A DNA stretch of 64,000 nt from the IMG/VR virus record IMGVR_UViG_3300031787_000010, positions 9,429 through 73,428 of that record, one strand, 5' to 3'. The notes beneath the pieces were generated by a model that saw only the letters and a program-made list of their open reading frames with translations, did not search any database and was not told the DNA's origin. The translations under genes and the position numbers were made by a program. Of this stretch, positions 53,610-61,968 are shown one piece after another (the first letter of the stretch is position 1; every line of letters starts with the position of its first letter). The DNA comes from a virus (lineage: Duplodnaviria; Heunggongvirae; Uroviricota; Caudoviricetes).

Positions 53610-53767
53610 CCGATCGATATGAGCAGTACGATGACGAATACGACAATCTACCCACGCGTGGCAAGATGTCCAGCAACAAAGAGCGTATGATTAACACTAA
53701 TATGGCTACACTCAAACGCGTCGAAAACGCTCGCAACCGATATGTGAGAGAGGGACTACTAAAGTGA
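53606..53767 (+). CDS. 53-aa hypothetical protein
   Basis: Manual translation; ATGA overlaps at both ends. Confidence 0.5.
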   Translation: MTDRYEQYDDEYDNLPTRGKMSSNKERMINTNMATLKRVENARNRYVREGLLK

Positions 53768-53985
53768 TGACCCGAACTTGTATTAAGTGTAAGACGATTA
53801 TTCCCCGCGATCGGCTCGAGGTACTTCCCGACACACATACGTGCGTTGGATGTAGCGGGGTTCAAAAGTATGTTGGGGCTATGATTTTCGATCATAAGAC
53901 CGCTCCCCGTCTGGCCTATATCCGCCCAGAGAACAAGCAGGCTGTCGAAACACTCAAGCGATTCATTAACCGTTCCAGAAACTAA
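53767..53985 (+). CDS. DksA/TraR C4-type zinc finger protein
   Basis: CIKCKTIIPRDRLEVLPDTHTCVGC. Confidence 0.8.
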   Translation: MTRTCIKCKTIIPRDRLEVLPDTHTCVGCSGVQKYVGAMIFDHKTAPRLAYIRPENKQAVETLKRFINRSRN

Positions 53986-53996
53986 CAGAGGATATT

Positions 53997-54374
53997 ATGA
54001 CTGAAGCAAATACTATTAAGCTTACGGCAGAAGCTAATCACGAAGGATTTGGTCAGACAAGTTTTACCTGCACCGTATCCACCGACACCACACTAGATGA
54101 GCTGATGGATTCTATTCGTCAGCTGGTACTATCGTTGGGATATATGGAAGGTAGTTGGGACAATGTGATTAAGAGTCGCGCTGAAGAACTTAATCACACC
54201 GAGGCTCGTCGAAAGGCACAGAACGTCTATCAGGTTCCCGTGTCGTTCCAGATTAATGCAGAAGATGCAACGATGGCTCGAGAAAAGATGTGGGATGTTC
54301 TAATGGAGATTGAAAAGACTGATCAGATTCCCGACTATTCGATTGGCGTAGCCACCCAACTAGAGCTGTTTTAA
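53997..54374 (+). CDS. hypothetical protein
   Basis: SD GAGG. Confidence 0.6.
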   Translation: MTEANTIKLTAEANHEGFGQTSFTCTVSTDTTLDELMDSIRQLVLSLGYMEGSWDNVIKSRAEELNHTEARRKAQNVYQVPVSFQINAEDATMAREKMWDVLMEIEKTDQIPDYSIGVATQLELF

Positions 54375-54393
54375 AAAATTTTACCCCTAAAAA

Positions 54394-54430
54394 GTTTAGC
54401 CCGTCTACACACGTAGCGGGCTAACTTATT
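54394..54430. terminator. hairpin between convergent genes
   Basis: TTAGCCCG..CTAC-ACAC-GTAG..CGGGCTAA. Confidence 0.65.
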
Positions 54431-54693
54431 TTCTCCATATCTTTTTCCCGTGACGGGGTATAATCGTAGGTTTGTTTCCGTTCCTTCGGTTCCTTACTCT
54501 TGGATTTCTTCGGACGCCCCAATTTCGGACCTGCGACCTCTCCCCGAGCAAAGGCCGCCGCAGATTCCCGGTCCGCAAAGTATCGGACTTGACCGACCGT
54601 GTTGCGTGCTCCATACCGATTGGCATAGGTCCGCCACACGGAACGGTCCTCTTTGTCCCCTAATTCAACGAGTAAATCGACGAGACGAATCAT
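54421..54693 (-). CDS. small basic protein with MIRLVDLLVE leader
   Basis: Start adjusted; Lys-rich tail. Confidence 0.55.
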   Translation of the reverse strand: MIRLVDLLVELGDKEDRSVWRTYANRYGARNTVGQVRYFADRESAAAFARGEVAGPKLGRPKKSKSKEPKERKQTYDYTPSREKDMEKIS

Positions 54694-54697
54694 ACAC

Positions 54698-55144
54698 TTA
54701 TGGACGGGGTGGCCAGAGTCCTTGAACAGCAATAATATAGTTTAATACAAGTGCTGGAGGAAAGTTGTTCGATGGAGCTGGAGTTTTTCCGACCAAGTGT
54801 GATACCGATACGTCCGTACCTGCTGCGGCGGTCACGGGGGTGTTGGACCACGGAAGGTCTAATGCGGTAATCGTGTGTTTATCTTGACCGAAGGATTGAC
54901 CCATATCGTAATGAACTGATGATCCATCAATCGATGTTGTGGTACCTTGTCCGACGATGACCCGCCCGTTCAAGTTGGGGAGAGCAAATGTATTATGACC
55001 ATCGCCACCATAGCGGGTACCTAAAAGGGCAAACAATGCTTGATACTGACCAATCGATAAGAGTTGTCCATTACATAACATCCAGTTCTCTGGGGCATAC
55101 TCAAATGCAACTGTCCGAATTTCTCCAATAAACCAATCACCCAT
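54698..55144 (-). CDS. phage tail-collar domain (MdpB-like) protein
   Basis: FIGEI...AP.NW.LCNGQLL.I..Y.ALFALLGT.YGGDG..TFALP.L.GR. Confidence 0.9.
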   Translation of the reverse strand: MGDWFIGEIRTVAFEYAPENWMLCNGQLLSIGQYQALFALLGTRYGGDGHNTFALPNLNGRVIVGQGTTTSIDGSSVHYDMGQSFGQDKHTITALDLPWSNTPVTAAAGTDVSVSHLVGKTPAPSNNFPPALVLNYIIAVQGLWPPRP

Positions 55145-55209
55145 ATATAACTCCTGTGTACGTGTTAGTAATAAATAGTTTCCACGCATTTCTTTATGAG
55201 GATATTTCT

Positions 55210-55440
55210 ATGATTAAGACGCTATTCCTAGTCCCCCTTGCCGTTCTACTCACTCAAGCTCCACTCCGCAGTTCTGATTTCCGCCATCACTATGAACGAC
55301 AAGTCCAACTGGAAGAGCAACAGTTCCGCCGAGAACTCCAACGCCATCTGGATACATGCCGTCGAGAGGAACAACGAATCAGACGAGAACATCAAGTCCG
55401 TCTCCGCCAGATTCAAGAAATGACCCGACGCCGACCATAA
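55210..55440 (+). CDS. small secreted or membrane helical protein
   Basis: SD GAGG, signal-like N-terminus, Arg/Glu/Gln-rich. Confidence 0.55.
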   Translation: MIKTLFLVPLAVLLTQAPLRSSDFRHHYERQVQLEEQQFRRELQRHLDTCRREEQRIRREHQVRLRQIQEMTRRRP

Positions 55441-55642
55441 TTTCCTATTAGTCCACTTCTCACCATATGACTATACCATATCGTCGGGTTAGGGGTGGCT
55501 TCGAGTCGATAATTTCCCGATACCATAATCTTTATATAAGAAGCGTTCCTATAGGGAAAAAATTGCGCCGCAACGCGAGCGTAGGCTCCCCGCCCCGATT
55601 GTCAAGCCCCCTCGCCCCTAGTTACGAGAAATTATTAGGAGG

Positions 55643-55706
55643 GTAAGTCGTTGGGGCGTCAAGCCTTACGAGGGCACTTGACGATGGCTATTAAATGGGG
55701 TATATT
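55643..55706 (+). promoter_or_regulatory. early promoter with degenerate operator
   Basis: GTAAGTC..TTG..CAA..GCCTTACG, then TTGACG-17-TATATT TCAAGTATCCCTC. Confidence 0.75.
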
Positions 55707-55738
55707 TCAAGTATCCCTCTTCATAGGAGAAGTATCAG

Positions 55739-56035
55739 ATGGCTACGCTCAAGTGTGTGTTTTGCAAGACGCCCCAGACAGCAGACAAGTCGATTCGTGC
55801 GATTCTCTGTGGTTCCTGCACGGCTCGACTGGCTGGGACGCCGGAGCAGATTGGGAAGGCTCCGAAGTCTGCCGTCCCGAAGGTCAAGAAGGTGAAGCGA
55901 GTTGCCAAGCCGAAGGTGGTCAAGGCTACCACAGGGTTTGGTCGTGGGTGGCACCTCAAGAAGCAGTTCACGGCACCCGATGGTACGAAGTACAGCTTCG
56001 GTCAGCCCGTTACCACGAAGAAGCGAGGGAAGTAA
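55739..56035 (+). CDS. Zn-finger basic early protein
   Basis: CVFC...CGSC; GRGWHLKKQF; SD AGGAG. Confidence 0.7.
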   Translation: MATLKCVFCKTPQTADKSIRAILCGSCTARLAGTPEQIGKAPKSAVPKVKKVKRVAKPKVVKATTGFGRGWHLKKQFTAPDGTKYSFGQPVTTKKRGK

Positions 56036-56036
56036 G

Positions 56037-56237
56037 ATGCGTATCATGCGGGATATCGTTCGGGAGTTCTACAGTGGCCCGAATAAGAAGGGGATTCGAT
56101 TCGGGCAGTTCTTTGTGAATCGATATGTGCACCCCAAGTTTCTCCCGTGGCCGGACCTCTACTACTGTGAGGATACGGAATCAGCGATGGAGATGGCACT
56201 GGCATTTCTTCGGACAGGAAAGAAAATCGAGCTATGA
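56037..56237 (+). CDS. hypothetical protein
   Basis: RFGQFF.N...PDLYY pattern; start adjusted. Confidence 0.65.
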   Translation: MRIMRDIVREFYSGPNKKGIRFGQFFVNRYVHPKFLPWPDLYYCEDTESAMEMALAFLRTGKKIEL

Positions 56238-56560
56238 TTAAAGTTTGGTCTACCTACCCGCCGGCCCTCTGGACGGTTCCCGCTACGGGTTCCCTACGGA
56301 TTGCCGGCGGCACCGTCACCCGAGTCCAGGTGGATGGTGTGGATGTGCCGGTGGATAGCGATCTTCCCGAAGGGTTTGACTTGGGATGGCTCGAGTGGCA
56401 GCGTCCAGCAGTCCCCAAGCCCGTCCCACCTCGCACCAAGAAGGTGAAGGGATCGACGGGCAAGATGTACACGCTCACGATGCAACCCAATGGGAAGTGG
56501 TCGTGTGAGTGTCCCGGATACCAGTTTCGACGGTTTTGTAAACACACAGGAGCTAAGTAA
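56234..56560 (+). CDS. SWIM zinc finger protein
   Basis: WSCECPGYQFRRFCKH. Confidence 0.8.
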   Translation: MIKVWSTYPPALWTVPATGSLRIAGGTVTRVQVDGVDVPVDSDLPEGFDLGWLEWQRPAVPKPVPPRTKKVKGSTGKMYTLTMQPNGKWSCECPGYQFRRFCKHTGAK

Positions 56561-56886
56561 TGGAACTTTCTGAACTCAAGGCGTTCGCTCGTCAAGAAGA
56601 GATCGAGATCAATTGGGACAAGCTTGATAGCGATCCCTTCTACGCTGACGATTTCGAGCGGGTAGTGCAGTCCGCAGTGAATCATATTCCCCAGCTCGAA
56701 CAGCTCCATACCAAGCTGACAGCTGGGGAATCGGTAGCCTTCGAGGGTCAGGCTAGCCCGCTGAAGTTTATGGATCTGGAATCGTATCTGTATCTGGTGG
56801 AGACGGAACTATTTGCCGCCTATCAGATTCAAGATGTCCACGAACGATATCACCTCATCAAGTCTATCACGCATCTATCATCTTAA
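56560..56886 (+). CDS. hypothetical protein
   Basis: Coupled ORF. Confidence 0.6.
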   Translation: MELSELKAFARQEEIEINWDKLDSDPFYADDFERVVQSAVNHIPQLEQLHTKLTAGESVAFEGQASPLKFMDLESYLYLVETELFAAYQIQDVHERYHLIKSITHLSS

Positions 56887-56905
56887 ATACCGTTTAATAT
56901 CCCGG

Positions 56906-56934
56906 TTGACTTTCGCCGGATATAAGGGTATATT
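56906..56934 (+). promoter_or_regulatory. sigma70 promoter
   Basis: TTGACT-17-TATATT. Confidence 0.7.
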
Positions 56935-56982
56935 GAATACATCGAGTTTAAACACTAAACACAACTAAACAAGGAAACCAAC

Positions 56983-57411
56983 ATGGAACACGCAATCAAG
57001 TTTGTCGAACTCACCAACGCCTTCGTCTCCGCTCTGCTCAAGGGTAGCAAGTCTGTGGAACGTATTGAGGGGCGCCGGTTTGACCGCATCAAGTGCAACG
57101 ATACCGTCCGCTTCTTCGTGGACCGCAACAGCTGGGAGATTTACGGTGCGAAGTCGAGCTTTCAGTTTAATCCCCGCCGGTGGTATGGGACGCTCGATAG
57201 CGTGGGTCAGTACGATTGGACGCAGGTAGCCCCGACACCGTTGGCCGGTACGTCCGCTGAGCGAATCTTCAATGACCGTGAGGCGGAGATTACCAAGAAC
57301 TATAAGCCCCGTGGTCGTCCCCGTAAGAACCCCGCTCCGGCTCCGAAGGCTAAGGTAGACTCACAGATCACGGACGCCGTAACCACGAAGAAGTCGAGCA
57401 AGAAGGCATAA
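56983..57411 (+). CDS. early protein with AT-hook
   Basis: KPRGRPRK; SD AAGGA. Confidence 0.7.
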   Translation: MEHAIKFVELTNAFVSALLKGSKSVERIEGRRFDRIKCNDTVRFFVDRNSWEIYGAKSSFQFNPRRWYGTLDSVGQYDWTQVAPTPLAGTSAERIFNDREAEITKNYKPRGRPRKNPAPAPKAKVDSQITDAVTTKKSSKKA

Positions 57412-57412
57412 T

Positions 57413-57670
57413 ATGGGACTTATCTTCAAGCGTAAGACGACACCTCCACCGCTTCCGAATGATATCATTGATCACGCTCCACTCATTCCAACGCCCCCAC
57501 AGCATCTGCTCGGGGGATCTGATGTGAACCTAATTCGTATGGTGGAAGAGAACGCTCCACGGCGTATTCACGAGATTGACAGCACCGTGACCGATCTCCA
57601 GGCTCGTATTGATAAGATGTTGGCGGAACGAAAGAAGCTCGAACGTCTCCTTACCGCACTCACGGAGTAA
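57413..57670 (+). CDS. hypothetical protein
   Basis: ORF with C-terminal coiled coil. Confidence 0.55.
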   Translation: MGLIFKRKTTPPPLPNDIIDHAPLIPTPPQHLLGGSDVNLIRMVEENAPRRIHEIDSTVTDLQARIDKMLAERKKLERLLTALTE

Positions 57671-57672
57671 CT

Positions 57673-57882
57673 ATGTCTGATGTTATCGCTGGTATACTGG
57701 CACTGGTGGCAATGATGTTCGGGTTGGTTCTACTACTGGCCTTCCCGACGATGTGGACCTGGAACTTTCTGATGCCGGACCTCTTCAATCTTCCCACGAT
57801 CGATCTCTGGCAGGCTGTCGCTATCAACTTCTTGTCCACGATTCTGTTCAAGAGCGTGTCGTTCAATAGTAACAATAAGTAA
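57673..57882 (+). CDS. 2-TM membrane protein
   Basis: MW.WN.LMP.LF.LP.I..WQA pattern. Confidence 0.7.
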   Translation: MSDVIAGILALVAMMFGLVLLLAFPTMWTWNFLMPDLFNLPTIDLWQAVAINFLSTILFKSVSFNSNNK

Positions 57883-57888
57883 CTAAAT

Positions 57889-57925
57889 AGATCCCCGCAC
57901 GGTACTCCCCTGCGGGGATCTCTTT
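57889..57925 (+). terminator. intrinsic terminator
   Basis: AGATCCCCGCA/TGCGGGGATCT plus CTTT. Confidence 0.75.
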
Positions 57926-58009
57926 ATAAGGTACCACAAACCCGAACGAAAACCGAAGAAAAAACCCGAATAAACCCCGAAAACTGGGGATCCGTCCCGA
58001 GGGGGTGCG

Positions 58010-58072
58010 CATAAGGCTATGATTTTCAATGCCTTACGCCCCCTTGACATGGGGGTTTTAATTGGTTAATAT
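58010..58072 (+). promoter_or_regulatory. early promoter with operator (spacer inverted relative to 51812)
   Basis: CATAAGGC-TATGATTTTCAAT-GCCTTACG, then TTGACA-17-TAATAT. Confidence 0.8.
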
Positions 58073-58080
58073 TAGGGAGT

Positions 58081-58194
58081 GGTTCGGGAACGACGGTTCC
58101 TGACCCCATCGGAACGCCAAAACCGATGGCTGATTGAAAACCGAAGGTTGAACGTGTGACGGGTCCGATGTCCATTCCGGACCCGTGTGACACG
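58081..58194 (+). ncRNA. four-hairpin leader or small RNA
   Basis: Stems at 58081-58105, 58106-58129, 58139-58149, 58153-58194. Confidence 0.45.
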
Positions 58195-58206
58195 ATGTAG
58201 GACCAC

Positions 58207-58278
58207 GGCCCTATCGTCTATCGGTTAGGACGCGACCCTTTCAAGGTCGAGAGACGGGTTCGATTCCCGTTAGGGCTA
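58207..58278 (+). tRNA. trnE: tRNA-Glu(UUC), early-region copy
   Basis: Loop CTTTCAA. Confidence 0.93.
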
Positions 58279-58317
58279 CTCACCAAATACCACACCACAA
58301 CACAAGGACAACAACGT

Positions 58318-58554
58318 ATGAAGTACAACTACAAGATCGTCGTCGAAATTCCCCGCGAGATTCGCACTCGCAACTCCACCGACATCACGGTGGACACCTT
58401 CACCTCGTTTGTTTACAATCGAAAGAACAAGGAGTCCGCTCTTCGGGCCTTCGGTTCCGTAGAGAACCTTCGGAACCTTCGAAAGCACGGGTTCAAGCTC
58501 TCCCGTTCGGAGTTCAAGAAGTTCCGTAATCACTTCCTCATCGAGCGAGTCTAA
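58318..58554 (+). CDS. hypothetical protein
   Basis: ORF with strongly biased codons. Confidence 0.65.
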   Translation: MKYNYKIVVEIPREIRTRNSTDITVDTFTSFVYNRKNKESALRAFGSVENLRNLRKHGFKLSRSEFKKFRNHFLIERV

Positions 58555-58748
58555 TGAGTAACTTTCAGAAACATCGTCTAGAGTACATCTATCTCAATAA
58601 CCTTCGTGAGTCTGGCGTCACCAATATGTTCGGTGCGACTCCCTATCTCGAAGAGGATTTCGATATCGGTAGAAAAGAGGCCAAGGCAATCTTAATGGGT
58701 TGGATGGCTTGGGTGAATGAAAATCCTTCTAATGTCAATCTCTACTAA
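58554..58748 (+). CDS. conserved small phage protein
   Basis: YL..LRESG.TNMFGA.PYL pattern. Confidence 0.7.
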   Translation: MSNFQKHRLEYIYLNNLRESGVTNMFGATPYLEEDFDIGRKEAKAILMGWMAWVNENPSNVNLY

Positions 58749-58924
58749 TGGCACTCTTCTACAATCCGACAATCAAACGTAAACCGAAGCCGATGAGTAA
58801 GACGGCTCAAATGAAAAATCTCCGTGAACTCCGCAAGGCAATCAAGGAGATAGGACAGTACGACAAACATCTCGCTGATGCGATGATGAACGCAGTGGAC
58901 ATTCTCTCAAAGGAAACCAAGTAA
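58748..58924 (+). CDS. 58-aa hypothetical protein
   Basis: Manual translation MALFYNPTIK...; coupled. Confidence 0.5.
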   Translation: MALFYNPTIKRKPKPMSKTAQMKNLRELRKAIKEIGQYDKHLADAMMNAVDILSKETK

Positions 58925-58925
58925 G

Positions 58926-59333
58926 ATGGCGTATATGAATCAGGACCGAAAGAAGAAGATCGCTGAGAAGGTGAAGCCGATTCTCAAGAAGTACGGCGTC
59001 AAGGGGTCGCTCAAGACTGACCGACTCAGCATCACGCTAACCATCAAGTCTGGTCCGATTGACTTCATCGGTGATTTGAATACTGACCGTCCTAATCGTA
59101 TGGCTCTCTCCAAGGATGAACTCCGAAAGCACTATTCGCTTGATGTCAATCCCTACTGGTTCCAAGAGCACTACAATGGTGAGAGTTATCACTTCCTAAA
59201 GGAAGTCATCACCGCTCTCAAGTCGGGCGATTGGTACGACAATAGTGACGCTCAGATTGACTACTTCGACACCGCCTACTACTACCACGTTAACGTTGGT
59301 AACTGGCAGACGCCCTACACCATCACCAAGTAA
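58926..59333 (+). CDS. conserved phage early protein
   Basis: MAYMNQ.RKK.IA...WYDNSDAQIDYFDTAYY. Confidence 0.7.
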   Translation: MAYMNQDRKKKIAEKVKPILKKYGVKGSLKTDRLSITLTIKSGPIDFIGDLNTDRPNRMALSKDELRKHYSLDVNPYWFQEHYNGESYHFLKEVITALKSGDWYDNSDAQIDYFDTAYYYHVNVGNWQTPYTITK

Positions 59334-59347
59334 GAGGAAACAACACA

Positions 59348-59557
59348 ATGGCTCGTATTCATTCGACTATCACGTTCGACCAGCTCATCGAGGCTGTAGA
59401 GTCCGGCGAGGACATGGGGTTCTGTATCGCCTGTGGTGCTGAGCACTACGGGATTGAGCCGGACGCTCGACGCTACGAGTGTGAAGAGTGTGACCTTCCC
59501 AAAGTGTACGGGGCTGAGGAGCTCCTGATGGTGCTCCACCCGACCGCTCAAGTCTAA
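59348..59557 (+). CDS. Zn-ribbon protein
   Basis: GFCIACG...EPDARRYECEEC...VYGAEEL. Confidence 0.75.
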   Translation: MARIHSTITFDQLIEAVESGEDMGFCIACGAEHYGIEPDARRYECEECDLPKVYGAEELLMVLHPTAQV

Positions 59558-59579
59558 CCAAACCAACACGGAGAACAGC

Positions 59580-59681
59580 ATGACCAAGACTATCGAAGAG
59601 CGCATCAACGACATCCTCCGCCGTGAGGATCTCTCCTACGAGGAGAAGCGGTCCCTTATCGACGGTGTTCTGGGCCGATAA
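59580..59681 (+). CDS. 33-aa hypothetical protein
   Basis: SD GGAG; manual translation. Confidence 0.45.
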   Translation: MTKTIEERINDILRREDLSYEEKRSLIDGVLGR

Positions 59682-59682
59682 T

Positions 59683-60006
59683 ATGAACACCATCGAAACC
59701 GCCATCACGAACTACGCCACGCTTCTCCAGAACACTCTTCGAGAGCGTGACCGACAGATGAATCACAACTTCGATGAGCGTGTAGAGCTCCAACGTGGTT
59801 CGAAGTACACGAAGGTCGTTGTCGCTGGTGACAGTAACCGGTCGGTTCACTCCTTCATTGAGAATAAGACGGGCAATCTCTTGAAGGCCGCCAGTTGGAA
59901 GGCTCCCGCTAAGGGCGTTCGATTTAACCTTCTCTCTGATATGGACGAGCTCCAGAATCGGATTGACCCCTATGGTTCTTACCTCTACAAGATTACCATC
60001 CGATGA
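59683..60006 (+). CDS. conserved phage early protein
   Basis: KY.KVV...SVH.FI...TG.LLKAASWKAPAKGVRFNL; start adjusted. Confidence 0.75.
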   Translation: MNTIETAITNYATLLQNTLRERDRQMNHNFDERVELQRGSKYTKVVVAGDSNRSVHSFIENKTGNLLKAASWKAPAKGVRFNLLSDMDELQNRIDPYGSYLYKITIR

Positions 60007-60149
60007 CCAACGCTGAATACAAGCAGATTATGAAGGAAGCCAAGAAAGAGTTCAACGATTGGCTGAAAGAGAACAAGAAGGAGCGGGCTCGTGTGAAGAA
60101 GGCAGCACTCAAGATTCGGAAAGCCACCCTTAAGTCCCGAGGCAAGTAA
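60003..60149 (+). CDS. 48-aa basic protein
   Basis: Manual translation; coupled. Confidence 0.5.
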   Translation: MTNAEYKQIMKEAKKEFNDWLKENKKERARVKKAALKIRKATLKSRGK

Positions 60150-60325
60150 TGGACATCGATGATTTCGACACGCAGGTGCAATGTGAGGAAGTGTATGACA
60201 GTTGGTTGAATGAATCGGCAAATGTAATGAATGATGTACGGAACCCAACCCCAGAACCCGCTCGAGAGTATGACCCGGCCGGCGATGGATGGGGTATTGA
60301 CGATGTAGATCTAATGTTAGGATAA
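60149..60325 (+). CDS. 58-aa acidic protein
   Basis: Manual translation; coupled. Confidence 0.45.
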   Translation: MDIDDFDTQVQCEEVYDSWLNESANVMNDVRNPTPEPAREYDPAGDGWGIDDVDLMLG

Positions 60326-60374
60326 TGGTACGACGAGGATTATCCCTAGACCTCGCTAAATATTAGGGGTACAT

Positions 60375-60446
60375 GCACCGTTAGCTCAATGGTAGAGCAA
60401 GTGGCTTTTAACCTCTAGGTTCTGGGTTCGAGTCCCAGGCGGTGCA
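60375..60446 (+). tRNA. trnK: tRNA-Lys(UUU), early-region copy with U29.U41 mismatch
   Basis: Anticodon arm AGTGG-CTTTTAA-CCTCT. Confidence 0.9.
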
Positions 60447-60479
60447 CTTCACTTTACATCACTTCTTCCAAAAGGATAT

Positions 60480-61022
60480 ATGACCAAGGCTTTTCTTCGT
60501 CGCCGTAACGAGTTTGACGCCCAGACCAAGGGTGACCTTCTGTTCCGTGTGTGGCTGGGGGTCGATTTCGTCGAGTCTATTCAGGACGAGACGGAACGTA
60601 CTAACTTCTTCAAGTGGTACGGCACCCCACCGCGGTTCATCACGGACAGTCTCCGCCAGTGGGGTGGGCTGACGCCGAAGCAGTATGAGTTCGCTCGTCG
60701 GAAGTTCACCGAAGCCACGATCTCCGGTCGTCAGCGGTGGGAGGCTCGAGAGAGTCAGAAGCAGCACCTGATCCAGAATAACTACATCTGGACCAAGGAA
60801 CGCCGGCAGGTCACGCTCGAGATTCTCGCCATCAAGGAGCGGATGTTCGGTCCCAAGATTCTGGGTCAGACGCCCGAAGGGATGAAGCTCTGGGTGAGTC
60901 TCCCGAATGGGTCCAACGCTCAGAAGGGCAACACCATCACGATGACGGTCACCATTACCCCATCAGAGGACGATCCGACCTTCGCGTTCGGTTCCCGTCC
61001 GAGCAAGTGGGCGGTACGATAA
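60480..61022 (+). CDS. hypothetical protein
   Basis: DF..SI......G.LT.KQ motif and OB-like C-terminus. Confidence 0.65.
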   Translation: MTKAFLRRRNEFDAQTKGDLLFRVWLGVDFVESIQDETERTNFFKWYGTPPRFITDSLRQWGGLTPKQYEFARRKFTEATISGRQRWEARESQKQHLIQNNYIWTKERRQVTLEILAIKERMFGPKILGQTPEGMKLWVSLPNGSNAQKGNTITMTVTITPSEDDPTFAFGSRPSKWAVR

Positions 61023-61053
61023 AATGACAATCAACTCCTGGAGGAGCTAGAAG

Positions 61054-61320
61054 ATGTTTAAGATTACCCGTGGTTCGGGGTTTCAGATGACGTTCGGCAA
61101 TGGTTGGACGGTCAGTGTCCAGTGGGGTGCCTGCACGTATTCGTCCAACTACGGTCAACTGATTGGAACGAAGTGTGAGAAGGCCAATTCCGCTGAGATT
61201 GCCGCCTGGGACGCGGCACGGAACTGGTACAAGTTCGAAGATGGTGACACCGTGAAGGGCTACTGCACTACTGGTGATGTGGCAGCCTTTATTACTCTCA
61301 TCTCCAACATGGAGCCCTAA
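61054..61320 (+). CDS. conserved phage protein
   Basis: GFQMTF.NGWTVSVQW...AEIA.W. Confidence 0.7.
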   Translation: MFKITRGSGFQMTFGNGWTVSVQWGACTYSSNYGQLIGTKCEKANSAEIAAWDAARNWYKFEDGDTVKGYCTTGDVAAFITLISNMEP

Positions 61321-61321
61321 T

Positions 61322-61531
61322 ATGATGCCTGTTCATCGCTTTCAGTATCGCACGGGATACCCCGCACATATGACCGTCCCGCAGTTCGAGAAAGCCTGCG
61401 ATATCGCTCATCGTTTTAATCTTCCTCATACCATTACCGTCAGCTCCCCGCTGGGCTTTCCCGATGAGTTTCTCATTGACGTTGGCAGTATGGTAATCGC
61501 TGTTCTCCCCGATGGTTCAAGTCACTCCTAA
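61322..61531 (+). CDS. hypothetical protein
   Basis: SD GGAG; start adjusted. Confidence 0.6.
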   Translation: MMPVHRFQYRTGYPAHMTVPQFEKACDIAHRFNLPHTITVSSPLGFPDEFLIDVGSMVIAVLPDGSSHS

Positions 61532-61544
61532 TACGGTACCCAAC

Positions 61545-61856
61545 ATGAATTACGATCTCCTTTGGCAGTTGCGCAATCAGGCCTCCGACGACATCCGCAT
61601 CAAGATGGATCAGCTCATCAACGAGCGATATATGGAGCTCCTCGAACAGGAAGTGCTGTCACTCCGTGCTACACTCCTCCACACGCCGGCCCCGAAGTCG
61701 GACGTTTCCAATCTCCAGACGTTGATTGGCACCCTCCGCAATACCAATCTCTCCCGATTGGACAAGATCAAGATTGTCCGTGCCGCATTCAATCTCGGGC
61801 TGGTCGAGGCCCGTAACGCCGTGGACAACGATCCGGGTGAAGATCTTCCCTTTTAA
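61545..61856 (+). CDS. protein with C-terminal ribosomal bL12 (L7/L12) CTD-like motif
   Basis: DKIKIVRAAFNLGLVEARNAVD. Confidence 0.6.
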   Translation: MNYDLLWQLRNQASDDIRIKMDQLINERYMELLEQEVLSLRATLLHTPAPKSDVSNLQTLIGTLRNTNLSRLDKIKIVRAAFNLGLVEARNAVDNDPGEDLPF

Positions 61857-61968
61857 TATGACCATGTATATCCGATATAATCCCCGCAGGGGGTTCACGC
61901 ACCCGCTCGTCACGCTGGTGCGTCTCCTCACCCAACGATACCGCACCACATACGGCCGGTAATCAATC

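Noticed and set aside
55651-56709. Alternative overlapping ORFs in the GC-richer block (55651-56118, 55721-56047, 56254-56709 and others)
   Set aside because: Stop-poor shadow frames; the coupled plus-strand series with SDs and Zn motifs explains the region
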